In this document: positions 62,386 to 64,000 of the stretch, piece by piece | Numbering within the stretch: position 1 is the stretch's first letter | Layout of the letters: every line of letters begins with the position of its first letter | DNA from: Camelus ferus | Lineage: Eukaryota | NCBI RefSeq assembly: GCF_009834535.1 | Contig: NC_045697.1 | Span: 43,526,001 to 43,590,000 of the forward strand | DNA: 64,000 nt | Direction: 5' to 3' | The notes under the pieces: generated by a model | Seen by the model: the letters and a program-made list of their open reading frames with translations, nothing else | Told to the model about the DNA's origin: nothing | The model's database searches: none | Translations under genes and position numbers: made by a program

Positions 62386-63847
62386 CATTCTGTAGATGTA
62401 AACTTTACATTTGCAACTTGTCAAGACTGCTCTCTTCACCGATGCCAATCTCAGCTCAACACAGCGGGCACCTCTCCAGCTTCTGTGCTTCCTCAGCAGC
62501 AGTATCACCTTACTGTGCCCTGGATCTCAGGAGTTCTAACCCTCCTACATATGTGCGCTCCGTCGTTGGAGCACTTCCAGTCTGCCTACAAGGCTGGTGT
62601 AAGAATTTTAGTATCGTGACTCTGTCAGCATCTGCATTATAGCTTTTTTGTTCATTACTCATCCATGAGATAGCAGATGTTCAAATAAGTTCCCTCCCAA
62701 AACCTTACTCTGGGCTTAGGCTCATGAAACCTGGCCCCTACCTCACTTGGGGTAAGTCCTCTCTCACAAGGCTCCCCTGCACCTCATGCAAATAGACTTC
62801 TGTCAGACCTGCTGACCCGACGACCAACACAGCTGGTGCCCTCATGGCTTGCCCAGTCCACAGGAGTCACCATCCGCAGCTTGGTGTTCTTTTCTGGTAG
62901 GAAGTGAGCATAAATACTCACCTTCTAAACAGAGAGGAGTCTCATTCTGCCCAGTTGATTGCTGTCATTTTCAAAAGACTGAATTCCCAGTTCCCTTTGC
63001 AATCAAAAGAATCATCTAAGCAGAATTCAACCACGGGAGGGGGAATTCAGCACATTTATCATCTGGCCTGTGACCAGTTTCCAGCTGCCCAATAAGGAGG
63101 ACAGGACATAAATTTGCTGTGCTGCCCAAAGCAGGTACTTCAGAACGTCTCTCTTCTCCTTGAGCACAAACCTGGCCTTAGTTGTACCTGCTTCCTGCCC
63201 TCATCTCGGCCAGAACACTTGAGGAAGATTAATTCTCAACCCCAGGATGACTTTCCCTAGTGCAGGAAGTCAGTGGAACTGCCATGTGGAGAAAAGTGGG
63301 TCTGTGCAGACAAGGCTGCTCCCACTGCCCGTCACCTGCCCACAGGGTCTTCCTTCCACTTTCCATTCTGGTTCTCAGCCAAAGAGAGCAGACAGCCCTT
63401 GGAGGAGAGAATAAAGAATAAACTATATCCCAGAGGAATCCCAGGAAGAAACTTACTAGTTCTGGTGAAACCCTGGATCAGCTGGTTTTTAACCCAGGTC
63501 AAATTTGAATCCTAAGGAATTTATCAAATGGATACTTTATGCTTTAAATCTGTGTATCAGCTAGAAAAATGGTTCTCATAATTATAGTACATATCCATAA
63601 AAGGAGGATTTTAGTTCAGGAGGAAAAAAGATTGTGTAAACTGATAAGAGGAAGAACTACCGAGTGTTATTTCATCATGGCAAGTGAATGAGACAGCTGT
63701 CGTTATTAATGTAAGGACGGTGTACCTAGCTACTCCTTATTGAGATCTATGTACCAAGAATTGAGCTAAATTTCTTATATTATCTTACTTAATCTGAATG
63801 GCTAAACCAGCATGAAGGAATTGTACCCCTGTTCACAATAAGAAGAT

Positions 63848-64000
63848 GGGAAGAAGGTAAATCTCAGTGGTAGAGCGCATGCTTAGCGCGCATGCAGGTC
63901 CTGGCATGAGGTCCTGGGTTCAATCCCCAGTACCTCCATTTAAAATAATAGCAATAAACAAATAAACCTAACTACCTCCCCCCTCCCCAAAAAACAGAAA
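63848..64000 (+). mobile_element. Camelid tRNA-derived SINE (Vic-1 type), runs to the window edge
   Basis: 'ctcagtggtagagcgcatgcttagcgcgcatgcaggtcctggcatgaggtcctgggttcaatccccagtacctcc...aaataaacctaactacctcccc'. Confidence 0.9.

Overview
This is mammalian non-coding genomic DNA, very probably from a camelid (camel, llama or alpaca). The evidence is three copies of a tRNA-headed SINE matching the camelid Vic-1 type, plus a young cetartiodactyl-style L1 3' end. I recognise no protein-coding exon, RNA gene, CRISPR array or prokaryote-type system. The ORF track looks like chance ORFs, many of them inside repeats. The window reads as a large intron or intergenic interval, and I cannot name a host gene. 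Much of it is a layered record of transposons: L3/CR1, L2, MIR, L1ME/MC/MB/MA, MLT1, LTR16, MER21, a MER41-like LTR, MER5A, MER20, MER58A, MER91A, MER2, Tigger1 and MADE2. These are separated by 1-3 kb blocks in which I see no repeats, which are candidate regulatory DNA. Family names come from my recall of consensus sequences, not from a database search, so subfamily calls and boundaries are approximate. The most notable structures are: (1) a ~175-bp, ~94%-identical inverted duplication (26873-27044 vs 28093-28272) that looks like a locally templated repair insertion; (2) several fold-back or inversion junctions at L1 breakpoints; (3) a MER41-like solo LTR that keeps a STAT-type GAS motif; (4) a repeat-free block with a G-quadruplex motif and a perfect splice donor; (5) a frame-preserving candidate exon. 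I find no support for a new multi-gene biological system here.
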